The position numbers were made by a program, and so were the translations under genes. A DNA stretch of 64,000 nucleotides from Monocercomonoides exilis PA203. Its lineage: Eukaryota > Protista > Preaxostyla. The notes below the pieces were generated by a model, which did not search any database, was not told the DNA's origin, and was given only the letters and a program-made list of their open reading frames with translations. This document shows, piece by piece, positions 1 through 12,110 of this stretch. Every line of letters starts with the position of its first letter. Positions within the stretch are counted from its first letter, which is position 1. Where the stretch lies: the NCBI GenBank assembly GCA_001643675.2, contig LSRY02000030.1, positions 496,001 to 560,000 of the forward strand. The letters run 5' to 3'.

Positions 1-1
1 C

Positions 2-3000
2 TTCTGAAATTGAACACGATCCAACATCATCATCCAAGTGAAAGATACACGAAGATATCACGATCGAGCCGCTGGACGAGCAGAGAAAAGCGTTGTGGCA
101 GAATGAGCCTCTGGATGGAAACAAGAACTCCAAATAAGAAAGCTCCACGTGCTCCTTTGTCTGAAGAAGATACTCGCGTGATGCGCTTATTCTCGTGTCA
201 AAGGATATCTTGGATGTGCTTCTCGAGCGAGATTGAACACTGATCTCATCCAGATCCAGTTCTTTCTCAATAACACCCTCTCCATCGATCACCAACAGCA
301 CAATATCCTCAAACACCAGATGATCAAATCCATATCCAATGCTCATGCACGGCTCGCGAGAGCTCCCGCACTGCCGGTCGTTTCTCCCTTTTCCATCCTT
401 CCCATTCACAAATATGATCGACGATTGATAAACTGTGATGAACGAGATCAGATCCACTGGCTCAGAGTGGAGCAGATCAATCCCATAGATCGCCCCAATC
501 CTGTTGAAGACCCCCTCCCGCAAATCCATTCGGAACTGGCTTTCGTTGATCTGTTCCGATATGTTCGTGCACTCAACAAAAATGTCCTTCCCTGTCTCTG
601 CCACATTTCCTTCAAATTTCATCCCCTGGAATAGAAACAAAAGCTTGCCGCTCAGATGCGAACTCAAATACATGCCACCCCCTCGCCCGCTTTCTGTCGA
701 GCACCCACACTGCATCACCTTCGAATTGCTTATCACAAACAAACCTTCGTTGTTCAGCTCAAAGCACATCACCCCACCTCTTCTTGACTCGCTCGATCGG
801 CAAAGCTCGAAAACGCTGTTGTTTGCTTTCATCAACACCTCGCAGTTATCCCCACTTTCCAGCACGCTTGATCCCATCCCGCTTCTTGTTATTGACCCAA
901 ACACACTTCCATTCACTTCAATCGTGGAGCCATCTCCATTTTTCATCTCTACCACTTTGTGAACGATCTGAACAACACACCCTTCCACAAGCATGCAGGA
1001 CTTCACTTCAATATCTTTGAGATATGCATTGCTTCCCACTTCAATCATAACAATCGATTGCTTCATTCTCATGCTTTCAATTATCAACTTTTCTGCATCA
1101 ACCACTCCGCTCTTGAGTTGAACAAAACATATTTCTATCTGCTTTTCTGCACTGACAATTGACTTGAGTGAGCAATCACTGAACGAAAGCACTCCATTTT
1201 CGCTCACAATCACTCCTCCAGCCCTGTTCCAGACATCTTCGAAAACTTCCATGTCTATCTTGTTGAAAGAAACATTCCTTTCATTCATCCCCAATATTTC
1301 TTCTCCATCATGATGGTTAACAATCTGCAGCACCGATCGCTTGTGCTCCTCAACAGCATCACACGGAGGCTCAAACACAAAGTTTGAAAAGTCGTATCTG
1401 TTTGCCATTTCTGTCCAACCCTCAATAAAAAGTCTCTTCTGCTTAGACCCTGTTTCGATCTGCCCCATTCCTTTCCACAAAGTCAGACACGGATCTTCTT
1501 CGCTTCCACACCTCATCACATCGTAACCCTTTGAAGATACAAACACCCTTGCATTTCTGAACCCCTCCAAAAAGCGGAAAAGATCCGTGTCGGTGTGCTC
1601 TTTGTCACTTCCACAAAACATCGTTGGCGAATGCTTCACATCATCAAATGAAAACATAAAAGTTGTTGGAGTGACAGTCTTGTTCAAATCAAATGAAGCA
1701 ACAAACAAATCTGAACCAATAAACGCTTCATTCTTTTGTATTGCAACTCCTTCGCAGAAGCCAATTGGTGTGTCAGCCTGCGACTGTGAGCAGTCCACAT
1801 ACAGTCCTCCACCTCTCCCCAAAGTTGTGGAGCAGCTGCAGTTCACAACATTTGTTCTGTTAACATTGAACATTTCTCTGCTCATCAGAACAGCATGCAT
1901 GGCTCCTCCTGTGATGCTCGAAGGCACTTGAATATTTGTCGCATTCAATCCATTCAAACTCACTGACGAATGAAATTCAAATGGAACTCTTGCAAACAAA
2001 TGGATGTCAACTGAGCACCCATCAACAGACACCAGCCCACTTTCAGATCGAATCAGGTTGAACTCCACTGGATTGTTGGTGGAGTTGATGCTTTCAAATA
2101 CGCAGCTCAGCAAGGTCATGCTCCCACTTTCTGGTCTCGACAGTATCAGAGTCTCGATGTTGCTGCTGAAACGCGATGGAACAGCGAGCATTATCCTCTC
2201 GAACCGTGCTTCATCTTCATTCAAGAATATCCATTCATCGTTTGTTTCTGTGATGTTTTCTTTCATCACTACCATTGCATATTGGTCGTCTTGCTTTGAC
2301 TTCACACACAACGATGAAGCGTCAAAATGATTGTCAACCATTGTCGATTCATAAACAACAACATTTCTGTTTCTCTCCAATGCATTCAGATTCCTATATG
2401 CTCGCCAAAAAAAGGCACACGGATGCTCTTCCATTCCACATCCCAGAATGTCCATTCCCTCAGAAGAGATGTGAACAGTGCTCAGTTGAGCTTCCTTCAG
2501 AAGCAGCAAAAGATCAATCGGCTCACCACTGAACAAGTCTGCATCCATCCCCTTCAGATCTGCAATCACACTGCCTGCATCGTCAAAATACTCAAAAATG
2601 AATTTTGATGGAGCAATCGATTCATTCAGACTGTTCGCCATCACAAACATATCTTTCCCCACAAAGGCACCATTTCCCATGAAGTTCAGATCTGAAAACA
2701 CAAAGTCATGATTCGTGTTTCCAACATCCTTCATATACACTGCTCCTCCATAGCCATTCAAAGCATCGACTGAGCACGAATCAAACATTGTTCCATTCAT
2801 CGTCATCTTCCCTTTTCCAATCTCACACCAAATTGCTCCTCCATCTCCATGAAGTTTTGAACAGTTCTCAAATCTGCTTTCACTCACAGAACATATCCCC
2901 CCCACCCCTTTCAAACAAACAATCGAGCCACTGCCCACTTCGCAATTTTCTGCTGCAAAGTGATTCAACGATGCATCTGCATCCTCTCTCACCCATATAA

Positions 3001-6000
3001 GCCCCTCTCCATCTGCTGAGATCTCCTTCAATTTCAACGCTTCACAATACAGCTCCCCTCCCTTCATCAGAATCACTCCCTTCTTCCCCCTTTCCACAAC
3101 ATCCTTCACACTCACATTCACCAGTTGCATCTCCCCTCCTTCAGCAATCCCAACCCACATGTCTGTTTCTTTTCCATTCGCCTCTTTCCCCTCCACATTC
3201 GAGTCCCGAATCGTCATCCTTCCCACACTCACAGCCACAAGCGATTGTTCTGTTGCTCTGCCTGGGAGAATAACTCTCAACGAACTCAATGTGAGTGTTG
3301 TTGTTCCTTTTCCTTTTTTCAGAACAATGCATCCTCCATCTTCAACATCAATCGTGGATATCTCTGCTGCTCCTCGCACAGTGAGCGATGTCCCATTTCG
3401 ATCAATTCTTCCTCCAAGCACTGCTGCCCCAACAACGTGGATCGTGGTCTGGTTGCTCTTCATCTTCAAAAACCCATCATCCACAGTCTTGCACGGATAC
3501 AGTTCTGTTCCACACGTTTTCCTATCATCCCCCGTTGCATCGTCCACAAACATTATCTCCTCACTCGATGCAAACAGATATTTCTTCAGGGTCTCATCTA
3601 CCGCTGGACCATCGCCTCCACTCTTCACCCACACATCTTCATTTCTCATGTCTTCCCTGAACGACGAATCGAATCGCAACGGATCAACAGTCTCCCTTGG
3701 CAATGGGCAGATCAGATAAAGATGCTTCCCCTTCTTTGCCTCGTTCCCTTCAAACTCATCTTTTTTGAATGAGTATTTCACCTCACTTGTTTCCAGCTCA
3801 ACATGCAACCCTCCTCCAAACCCCGTTTCTCCATCCACGCTGTTGTTGCTGATGGTGTTTGAGTCAAACACAACTTCGCCACCCCCTCCAACACTCACAT
3901 AACCAACACCCCCTTTCATATTTGCTGCCTCAATGCTGCATCCTTCAAACGTGCACTTTTCGATCATCGTCTTTTCGCCTTCTTCCACAACCGCAACAAC
4001 AACTCCTCCAAACCCATTTGTCCGCTGAAAGTCACTCATTGTGCTGTTTCCCATCATCATCGTTTTCACCCTTGCAACAGAAACAAGCGAACAGCTCTCA
4101 CATGTCGATGCACTCACTGAACAATTATTCATCTCAAACTTATCTGCACCATCAACTTCAACAACACCTGCTTCGCTTTTCGTTGACACATTCTCCAAGC
4201 TCACATCTCTCATCAACACTCTTGCTTCGATGCTCTCGCTTTTGCGAACAACCATCAAAGGAACAAAGCCAAATTTTATATTCTTCGCTTCAAACCGCTC
4301 AATCCCCAATTGCCCTCCTTTGCACACAAAATAGCTGAACGAACAGTCCAGCCCTGATCCTGAGTTGAGCTCACATGAGCAGTCAACAACATTCAGCGTT
4401 CCTCCATCACACAGCATCAGGCTGCTTCGATTTGATCCCAACGATGCTGGATGCCTGAAAGTGATTTGCCCAATTCCAACTGTTCGCCTCACCTCGATGA
4501 ACCCTTCTTCCTTCTCACCCTCTCCACCAGCCACATTCATCATCGTAGCATTTTCTTCCCCAAATATCTCATAATCCTGTGAGTCAAACAGAAGTTGGTC
4601 TCTGAATGTGAATGTCGACTGCAAAATAATGCTGGCTGCGGATGAGTTGAATTTTGAAGCCCCTGCATATCCTATTGTCTGGCATGGATAGTCCTGATAC
4701 CCACATAACCGATAGTCCACTCCACCTCCTCCCACATAGCACCGCCCAGAAAATTTTCTGAAAAACAACGCCAGAGGAATTGGACACAACGCATTTTCGT
4801 TCTCAAACCCACACAACTCACCCAAATCTGCACTTCCAACCGCCGTATTAAATCCAAAATTCAACGTCTGCACAGTCACTGCTTTGCTCAGATTCCACGC
4901 CTCAACTAATACATTCTTCCCATTTTGCGATGCCGAACACCCAGAGAAGCCCACATTCTCAATCGCGAATGAGCTGAATCCTTCATCCACACTCACACTT
5001 ATCCCTCCTCCAAATCCTCCTCTTCGAGATTGTGCTTCGGCTCGGCAATTTGCTATCTCTGTGATCTCCCCACTCGAATTCCCAACCCCCAACTTCCCAT
5101 CCATTTCCACATGCGCAAATATCCCTCCTCCAAATCCTCCAATGCATCCGCAATGGCTTGCCTTCCCTCCCACAATCATCACCCTGCTCCCTGCCCTCAC
5201 TTTGCATTCAACTGCACTTCCATTTCCATTGTGCTCAGAATAGTTGCTGAATGTGCAGTTCTCCAGCTCAACAGTCTTTGCGCTTTCACATTTCACAACA
5301 CAGCTCAACTTCTCTGCTCGAGCTTCAAATGTGCAACGCTTCATTGACATTGTCACAAACATCGATCCCAGTTTGACAAGCCCATCAGATGATGTGGTTG
5401 ATGTGTTTTGCACAGAAAGGTCCTCCAACAAAGCAATCGCATTCTGCTCGCATATGATGATCTGCGACATGCTGAATCGAACACTCCTGATATCCACACT
5501 CTTCATCTCCACTTGTCCATTCATGCACTTCAACAGCGAATAGCCAACAATTGCTTCTCCTGGCTGTTGGGCAAAATCGCATGAACTCACTCGAAGACAC
5601 CCAGCTGATTCTTGTGATATCAAGGCTATGTGCTGCTTAACACTCCCTCCAACCCTGAATGAGAGCAATGCAATCATTGATTCCACTTCTTCACCTTCTG
5701 CCAACGTGATAACCCCCACAGATGCTGTATCGCCTCCTTTCGCATTCACAATGCTCCTTTCTTCTGTTCCTTTCATTTCAACTCTTCCCTCCTCACACAG
5801 CAGCACATCTTCCAACAATTCATAATCGCCATGAAGCGTCATGCTCTTGGCACTTCCTTCCTGCCGCTGGAGAGATTTCTGAATTGTTTTGCACGGATAT
5901 GCAGCAAACCCACATGGCGCAACATCCAGCCCTGCTGCTGACGAGACGTGAATGGTATCCCCCACATTGAAGATAAAATACAACAGAGAAATCACATTCA

Positions 6001-9000
6001 TCTTGTCATTCCCATCATACCCACACATCGAATTCACATCATCAAGAGACATTTCTTTCAAAAAGGGAAGCGTGGCATTCGTTGTGCTGACACCCAGTTT
6101 CTCTGACTCCACAAACAAGTCAGTTCCATATTTCGCACGATTCTTCTGATCTGCTGAAAAGATTGGTCCACTTATCACATAGTCTGTTGTTGGACTTGTC
6201 AGAGAAAAGAAAATCCCTCCACCAAATCCCACTGACTCATCAAATGGGGATGTGCATGAAAGAAATGAGCATGAACTAACTCTCACAACTGAAGGTGGTC
6301 CAGCAGATATCCACATCCCCCCACCTCCTTTGCCTCCCTCATTCACCTCGCATTCCTCAAAGCTGCAGCAATCAACAATGATCGATGAGGATAGCATCAC
6401 GTTGTTGTGACTTCTCACTCGCAATCCTCCTCCATTTCCTTTCCTCCTGCGAATACCCTTCACTGAGACATTTCTCATTTCCACCCCTTTTCCTTCCTCA
6501 ACTGCTATTCCGCTGTTTTCAATAATCGTCTCTGTTCCAATGCTCGAATCGTTCATCGAGAAGCATGCCCCTTCGCCAACTTCTATCAAATTCCTTTCTC
6601 CACTCACGCTGCACTCCAAGCAAGAAATGCCTTCCACCCGGCAATGAGAATTCTCCCCGCTGACACCAAACATTGCTGCTGAAGCGAATTGAACATTTTT
6701 GATCGAAAAAGAAGAGATGCAAATCACTCCTTTCTTTCCAAACACCACCCCATAGTTCAATTCCCTCCCTTCTTCCTTGGCCTTCACAGAAATGCGTGTC
6801 AGCGTCAACGCACTATCTGCACATATGAACACACTTGTGTGCGAATCTTCACGCTTTGCAACTGCTTCAAACGAAATGTCGCTGAAACTGCATCTCACAC
6901 TCGTTTCAACCAGTCCTTCCCAAGAAGCATCTGCACCAAACCCAATATCGATAAAACGCTCATTCGTCTCGCTTCTGACATCCCATTCATCTGTGTTCAT
7001 TGTCACTGGCTCTGTCCATTCAAATGGAGCGCAGATAACAATTGCCTTCGACATTCCACGATGCCTCGCATTCACCAATTTGCTTATTGTGCTGCATGGA
7101 TATCTCTCAACTCCACATCCTGAGAAATCATGCGCTGTGCCTCCTCCAACATACCCAGGCGACACAACATCGACAAAATACACCCACAAGCACACATCAA
7201 ATTCTCCGTTCCCTCCTTCATATCCCATCAGATCTTCATCGCTCATTCCATCAATGCTGAAGTTAAATGAGGCTTTGCTGACAATCCTCGCAAGCTCTGG
7301 CGCTTCCACAAACACACACTTCCCTTTCCACCCTTCACAGCCCGAAAACTTCATTCCGCCAATCACCATCTGAGTGCTCAGTTTGACTGTTCCTGCACAC
7401 AGCCATCCCCCCTTTCCGTTTTCAGTCGAGCACGCACAATTTGTTGCACTCGAATTCCGAAGCTCGATCCCATTCTCTTCATCAACATCGATCTTGAAGC
7501 ATCCTCCATCATCCCTGCTTCTGCAGTTCTCAACAATGCATCCATCCATCCGAAGCCGTTCTCCTTCACCAAAAATGTGCTCCAACACACTCCCACTTCC
7601 CTGACTCCGCGTGATATTTGCAATCGTCGTATTGCTCATCTGGACATACGATCCAACTGGCACGGTCAGCAGCGAACATTCAGCGAGCTTGAAGAATCTG
7701 ATTTTGCTGTCAGACACAATCAAATGCCCTCCAGCCATCACCACCAGCGGACTCTCAAACTCTCTTCCCAATGACTCGCTTTCAGAATCGATTTCCAAGC
7801 TCGTCAGAATCAATTCTCCTTCATTTTCGCTCACTCTCGCAAGAGACGACTTTGGATCACAGGCAAATGCAATGTGGAGCAACTCCACTGTCAGTGAGCC
7901 ACTTGTCACTTCAAAAAGACTTCGCATCGCATCGATCTGGCTGACTTCAAGAGATGTCGACTCCTCACCTTCCCCTCTCACAACTGCTTTCTTCGAGTTC
8001 ACTGCCACCCCATCAGTTGCAAACAATGTGTGCACACGAGAAAGCATTGTGATTGCGCAGCTCTGAGTCGTCATGCTGTTTTCTATCGCATGCTTCATTG
8101 TCCGGCACACTTCGTTCGAAAAGCATCCGCACAAATCACTGTCTTTCCCGTTCTCTTCCTCCACAATCCTTGAGCTGACCCCATACGGCAGCCATTCATC
8201 ATTCGCATGGCAGCTTGCATTGCAATGAATGAGTTGCGATCCTCCATCAGTGAGTGTGCATGACAACACAAACGGAGATTCATTCACGCATTTTCCATTT
8301 GTATCGTTCAAAAAAACATCTTTTCCGCAGTTCTCTGTTTCGGCTATGTTTTTTGCAAAAAAACAAAAGAAAAATATTTTCGGATCTGTTGTATTATGAT
8401 CTTCAATTTTCATAAATATTCCTCCCCCTTTTGCGCTGTTCCTGGCAGTACAATCAGAGAAAATACAATTTTTCATGAGAAACATTTTTGTGACAGAATT
8501 CAGCAAAGAAATGCCACCTCCACTACTTGTTGCTGAACAACCAACAAAACTGTTGTTGTGGCACATGTATTTTTTGCCATCTTCAGACGCTTCGACACAA
8601 TCTGTACTTCGTTGAATTCCATCATAAACAACTATTCCTCCTCCTACACTTGATGAACAATTATCTATCACTAAATCAGAAAAAGAGTAGCATTGCCGAA
8701 TAGCTCTTGCAAAAACAGCTCCACCGTGTGATGATGACTTGCAATTATTAAATGAACAATTTGAAAAAGCCAAAGATCCAATAGAATATGCAACTATCGC
8801 CCCACCAATGTATGAAGCAGAACAATTACAAAATGTTGAATGAGATATTTTTAATGATGCAATATTATTTCCGTACATAAATACGCAGCTTCCACAAATA
8901 TCTGGTTCATTTCCATGTATTCCAATTTTTCCTTCTGGTATTGGGGTTGTCATATTTGCAAATTCCTCATATGATATGGTTGTGTCAATCGCTTCTGTTC

Positions 9001-9826
9001 TGCGCACCCCCTTTGTCATTTCGTTTTTGCATTTTTGATGTGTGTTGTTGAACAACTCAAGCCCAAGTCCTTCCACGCCTGGCGCGATTCCATTTGTGTA
9101 AACACCGCTGACCGTCTCGAAAACGCAAGAATAAATCGTGCTGATACATTGAGGCGCATTTTCATTTGTTTGAACCCCAGTTTCTGCTTGAGTTGTCGAT
9201 ATGTTGCAAAGAATTGAAGACGATAAGCTGATTTGATGAATCGCTGAACAAGCAATAAACGGCCTGCAACGAATAGAAACACTGCAAAATCTTGATTTTG
9301 TCACGCCAACGAATCCATCGGGAGAAAACGAATTGTCTGAACTGGGCGAAGTTGTCAGAGGAGCCAGCAATCCTTGGCAGTGCTCGTCATTTGCTGAAAT
9401 ATTTGAAAATAGCACTTTGCCAAAACTTGAATGAACTGTCGAAATGGCATTTCTTCCTTTCTGAATGAAGGTGCAGCCAGACAAATAAACAATGCTGAAC
9501 TTGTCGATTTGCATGAGAGTCGATGTGTTTTGAAGAAAAATCACTTCAGAGGCCGAAAGAGACGCATTGACCAAATCCAAGTGAAACTGAATGCTGCAAT
9601 GACTTTGAGCTGAGGAATATTGTCTTTTGCGAAGCACGCTTGAAATTGTGCTATCTTTTTTGTTGCAGGCAATATTCTCATTCTCCTGTTGAGAAAGCGG
9701 ACGGCAGGAGTACCCATGAATGCATGAAACTTGTCTTGCGGTTGTTTCATCAAAATCCAGCTGAACAGACCAATCCTGGATGAAAATTAATGTGATCAAA
9801 CAAAACGAGAAATAGCTTCCGCCCAT
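2..9826 (-). CDS. Giant (>3,275 aa, 3'-truncated by window edge) Cys/Gly-rich surface protein with pectin-lyase/beta-helix-like repeats; same family as 27230-36468 and 60231-64000
   Basis: ATG at 9826 (in-frame TAG upstream) opens MGGSYFSFCLITLIFIQ... I translated about 9826-8070 and the last ~420 nt in the same frame without stops (e.g. IFVNGKDGKGRNDRQCGSSREPCMSIGYG, matching FVNATGTDGRRCGAQSNPCLSI in 61927..63978). No long minus ORF with a stop appears in the track, consistent with a continuous frame leaving the window. Repeated GGAI/GGGI and C-x-F-x-x-C motifs. Confidence 0.85.
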   Translation of the reverse strand, partial: MGGSYFSFCLITLIFIQDWSVQLDFDETTARQVSCIHGYSCRPLSQQENENIACNKKDSTISSVLRKRQYSSAQSHCSIQFHLDLVNASLSASEVIFLQNTSTLMQIDKFSIVYLSGCTFIQKGRNAISTVHSSFGKVLFSNISANDEHCQGLLAPLTTSPSSDNSFSPDGFVGVTKSRFCSVSIRCRPFIACSAIHQISLSSSILCNISTTQAETGVQTNENAPQCISTIYSCVFETVSGVYTNGIAPGVEGLGLELFNNTHQKCKNEMTKGVRRTEAIDTTISYEEFANMTTPIPEGKIGIHGNEPDICGSCVFMYGNNIASLKISHSTFCNCSASYIGGAIVAYSIGSLAFSNCSFNNCKSSSHGGAVFARAIRQCYSFSDLVIDNCSSSVGGGIVVYDGIQRSTDCVEASEDGKKYMCHNNSFVGCSATSSGGGISLLNSVTKMFLMKNCIFSDCTARNSAKGGGIFMKIEDHNTTDPKIFFFCFFAKNIAETENCGKDVFLNDTNGKCVNESPFVLSCTLTDGGSQLIHCNASCHANDEWLPYGVSSRIVEEENGKDSDLCGCFSNEVCRTMKHAIENSMTTQSCAITMLSRVHTLFATDGVAVNSKKAVVRGEGEESTSLEVSQIDAMRSLFEVTSGSLTVELLHIAFACDPKSSLARVSENEGELILTSLEIDSESESLGREFESPLVVMAGGHLIVSDSKIRFFKLAECSLLTVPVGSYVQMSNTTIANITRSQGSGSVLEHIFGEGERLRMDGCIVENCRSRDDGGCFKIDVDEENGIELRNSSATNCACSTENGKGGWLCAGTVKLSTQMVIGGMKFSGCEGWKGKCVFVEAPELARIVSKASFNFSIDGMSDEDLMGYEGGNGEFDVCLWVYFVDVVSPGYVGGGTAHDFSGCGVERYPCSTISKLVNARHRGMSKAIVICAPFEWTEPVTMNTDEWDVRSETNERFIDIGFGADASWEGLVETSVRCSFSDISFEAVAKREDSHTSVFICADSALTLTRISVKAKEEGRELNYGVVFGKKGVICISSFSIKNVQFASAAMFGVSGENSHCRVEGISCLECSVSGERNLIEVGEGACFSMNDSSIGTETIIENSGIAVEEGKGVEMRNVSVKGIRRRKGNGGGLRVRSHNNVMLSSSIIVDCCSFEECEVNEGGKGGGGMWISAGPPSVVRVSSCSFLSCTSPFDESVGFGGGIFFSLTSPTTDYVISGPIFSADQKNRAKYGTDLFVESEKLGVSTTNATLPFLKEMSLDDVNSMCGYDGNDKMNVISLLYFIFNVGDTIHVSSAAGLDVAPCGFAAYPCKTIQKSLQRQEGSAKSMTLHGDYELLEDVLLCEEGRVEMKGTEERSIVNAKGGDTASVGVITLAEGEEVESMIALLSFRVGGSVKQHIALISQESAGCLRVSSCDFAQQPGEAIVGYSLLKCMNGQVEMKSVDIRSVRFSMSQIIICEQNAIALLEDLSVQNTSTTSSDGLVKLGSMFVTMSMKRCTFEARAEKLSCVVKCESAKTVELENCTFSNYSEHNGNGSAVECKVRAGSRVMIVGGKASHCGCIGGFGGGIFAHVEMDGKLGVGNSSGEITEIANCRAEAQSRRGGFGGGISVSVDEGFSSFAIENVGFSGCSASQNGKNVLVEAWNLSKAVTVQTLNFGFNTAVGSADLGELCGFENENALCPIPLALFFRKFSGRCYVGGGGVDYRLCGYQDYPCQTIGYAGASKFNSSAASIILQSTFTFRDQLLFDSQDYEIFGEENATMMNVAGGEGEKEEGFIEVRRTVGIGQITFRHPASLGSNRSSLMLCDGGTLNVVDCSCELNSGSGLDCSFSYFVCKGGQLGIERFEAKNIKFGFVPLMVVRKSESIEARVLMRDVSLENVSTKSEAGVVEVDGADKFEMNNCSVSASTCESCSLVSVARVKTMMMGNSTMSDFQRTNGFGGVVVAVVEEGEKTMIEKCTFEGCSIEAANMKGGVGYVSVGGGGEVVFDSNTISNNSVDGETGFGGGLHVELETSEVKYSFKKDEFEGNEAKKGKHLYLICPLPRETVDPLRFDSSFREDMRNEDVWVKSGGDGPAVDETLKKYLFASSEEIMFVDDATGDDRKTCGTELYPCKTVDDGFLKMKSNQTTIHVVGAAVLGGRIDRNGTSLTVRGAAEISTIDVEDGGCIVLKKGKGTTTLTLSSLRVILPGRATEQSLVAVSVGRMTIRDSNVEGKEANGKETDMWVGIAEGGEMQLVNVSVKDVVERGKKGVILMKGGELYCEALKLKEISADGEGLIWVREDADASLNHFAAENCEVGSGSIVCLKGVGGICSVSESRFENCSKLHGDGGAIWCEIGKGKMTMNGTMFDSCSVDALNGYGGAVYMKDVGNTNHDFVFSDLNFMGNGAFVGKDMFVMANSLNESIAPSKFIFEYFDDAGSVIADLKGMDADLFSGEPIDLLLLLKEAQLSTVHISSEGMDILGCGMEEHPCAFFWRAYRNLNALERNRNVVVYESTMVDNHFDASSLCVKSKQDDQYAMVVMKENITETNDEWIFLNEDEARFERIMLAVPSRFSSNIETLILSRPESGSMTLLSCVFESINSTNNPVEFNLIRSESGLVSVDGCSVDIHLFARVPFEFHSSVSLNGLNATNIQVPSSITGGAMHAVLMSREMFNVNRTNVVNCSCSTTLGRGGGLYVDCSQSQADTPIGFCEGVAIQKNEAFIGSDLFVASFDLNKTVTPTTFMFSFDDVKHSPTMFCGSDKEHTDTDLFRFLEGFRNARVFVSSKGYDVMRCGSEEDPCLTLWKGMGQIETGSKQKRLFIEGWTEMANRYDFSNFVFEPPCDAVEEHKRSVLQIVNHHDGEEILGMNERNVSFNKIDMEVFEDVWNRAGGVIVSENGVLSFSDCSLKSIVSAEKQIEICFVQLKSGVVDAEKLIIESMRMKQSIVMIEVGSNAYLKDIEVKSCMLVEGCVVQIVHKVVEMKNGDGSTIEVNGSVFGSITRSGMGSSVLESGDNCEVLMKANNSVFELCRSSESRRGGVMCFELNNEGLFVISNSKVMQCGCSTESGRGGGMYLSSHLSGKLLFLFQGMKFEGNVAETGKDIFVECTNISEQINESQFRMDLREGVFNRIGAIYGIDLLHSEPVDLISFITVYQSSIIFVNGKDGKGRNDRQCGSSREPCMSIGYGFDHLVFEDIVLLVIDGEGVIEKELDLDEISVQSRSRSTSKISFDTRISASREYLLQTKEHVELSYLEFLFPSRGSFCHNAFLCSSSGSIVISSCIFHLDDDVGSCSISE

Positions 9827-10779
9827 ATGTTCTTGCTGATCAATATGGATTCTCAGACAATTTCTCTATCAAATTGTTGCAATTTGGAAGACGAGCAGCG
9901 AGCTGGTCCTGGAAATAACAACTTCGAAAAAATCGAATAAATCGATCAAGCCATAACAATAAAAAAGCCAAGATCAAAAATCAAAATAAAAAAATAAAAA
10001 ACTTGGATATTTTTTTTTAAAACACAATAAAAAATTAATCTTAAAAAAAGCAAGATAAGCTGCCCCTAACGCTCTCTCGCAACTCGTTCTGTCGAATTAA
10101 TTTCAGTTTAATTGAAAATAACAAATAATGAATTTCTCCTTTTAAAATAAATTGAAAAAGACACCTCATTCAAAATAACTGCGCATCAGAAAGAACATCA
10201 TCTTGACCAATAATAAAAATTGTTTCCAAATCATCCGTTTGAAGCAAAGAGCAAAAAGTCAAAAAGCCTGTTGAATCACAAACTCGGAAAATTGAAATCG
10301 TTTGATCTTCGCTTTCTCAAATCCTTGGCACCAAATAAATCAAATGGAAATATGAAGGCGGCTTCTTCTGAAGAATTTTCAATATTGAATCATTTCTTTC
10401 AAATAATGTGCGTGGATGCGAATCGGAACAGGAATAGAAACAGGAGGAGAAATAATCGGTTCTCCTGCTTTTTTGAAATTGTTTGAAGCTCTTTGTGCTG
10501 TCTTGGCTTTTCATTTTCAGGAATGCCAAAATCGTTAAACAAAAGAGAAAGATATTCAGTGTCGTAAACATTAAACAAAGCTGTGCTCAAAGCGTGACAA
10601 CAAGATAAACAATGAAAACAATCAGTAATGAATTATCCAAGCAAAAATTAATTCAAAAATGGATTTGGTCATTTTCCAGCAAATGTTTTAAATAACAAAA
10701 GGAAAAAGGAAAAACTCTAAAGAAAAATAAATTCACTCAAAAATCATCATACAGAAAACAGCACACTCTTCTATATTCT

Positions 10780-12110
10780 TTATTGGTAATCCTCCTTTTG
10801 TCAATGAACTGTTCAATCAAACATTCGAATTTTGAATGAAGCACGAAAGCCTCAAAATAACTCAAACAATTTCACGAATATTTCATACCCTTTTCAGTGA
10901 GCTTCTTGTATCCCCACAGTTGATTTCTCTTTCAGCAATTTTCATCTTCTCTTCAGCGTGATTTTCTGTTGAACAATCTGTCTTTCAAAAAGAGAGAGAG
11001 AGAGATCCATTCTCTTCTTTTCAAAATACAGCAATATTTCGCTTTTCTGAATTTGAACCTGGCATCAGCAAGGTTTCAGATCAAAATAAATAAAGACATG
11101 CTGAATCCAAATGAAAGATACAAACCTCAATTTCTGGTATCCTCGGACTTTTCTCCAATTAGCATGCCTTTCTGTTGCTCTTTTTTTTCAGAGAATATTT
11201 AACATGATTCACTTTTTCTCATCCTCTAACTTTCAAAAAGTTAAAAATCCGCATTCTCTTTTAACCATTGCCATGCAGCACTTTCTCAAGCATATCCAAC
11301 TCAATCACATATTTCCATGCATCCTCTGGAAATGGATGTATTCGAGGCTATCAGGCATCTTCTGGTATTTGTCTCCATGCTGAAGCGGAGGTTGTGAAAT
11401 AATTCTGATGTTTCGCTTGAAAATCCATTTCCCCTGAACACCATTTCTCATCTTCTTTTCTTTTGACTTCTCTGCTTCAAAATAATTTGCTGATTGTTTC
11501 CTCGAGTGTTTTCTAATCTTCAAAAAAAGGTGATTATGCATGATAAGGTTCTGCACAGCAACTGCTGGAATTTGACAATTTCATTTTATTCTTCAAAAAC
11601 ACCTGTCAGGCACAGCAGATAACATTAAAATCGCAGAAGCGCATAATCAAACTGCATGCGTTCAGACAGAGATAAATAATTCGTTTTGAATCATTGAAGG
11701 AAAAAGATTTCTGTAAAATCTCATCAGATAACGAATAAAACGTGTTGACTTCAAGTCATGGTTGGAATTCAAACTGTCGCAGAAAGCAGAATATAACAAA
11801 TTGGCTTAAAATTATTCAGATTTCTTTGGGCTTGCGTGTGACATGATTTTTCATCGACTATTTTAACAGCATTCAATCGATTAATAAATATAAAGAAGCA
11901 GCACATACTTTGATACGGATGTATTTTTGCAAAAACGCACCTTGTGGCAATACGCCCACAAACATATTTGGTATTTTGCTCGTCTGCTTTTACAATTATA
12001 GCTCGACTGTCTCTTTGCTTGACCATGAAATAACAATCGATTTCCTCTTCCATACAAGCAGGAACATGCACCATCAAGCAACGATTGTCATAAGCCAGAT
12101 AGAAATGTTT
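10780..12110 (-). pseudogene. Probable decayed fragment of a helical multicopy protein family
   Basis: Short broken minus-strand ORFs (11769..12077, 11305..11556) with coding-like composition and a KKLTEKG-like remnant near 10890; no intact frame. Confidence 0.25.

Noticed and set aside
10-8066. Dozens of plus-strand ORFs of 60-215 aa
   Set aside because: Antisense shadows of the giant minus-strand ORF; the same applies to antisense ORFs over 28-36 kb, 46.5-50 kb and 60-64 kb.
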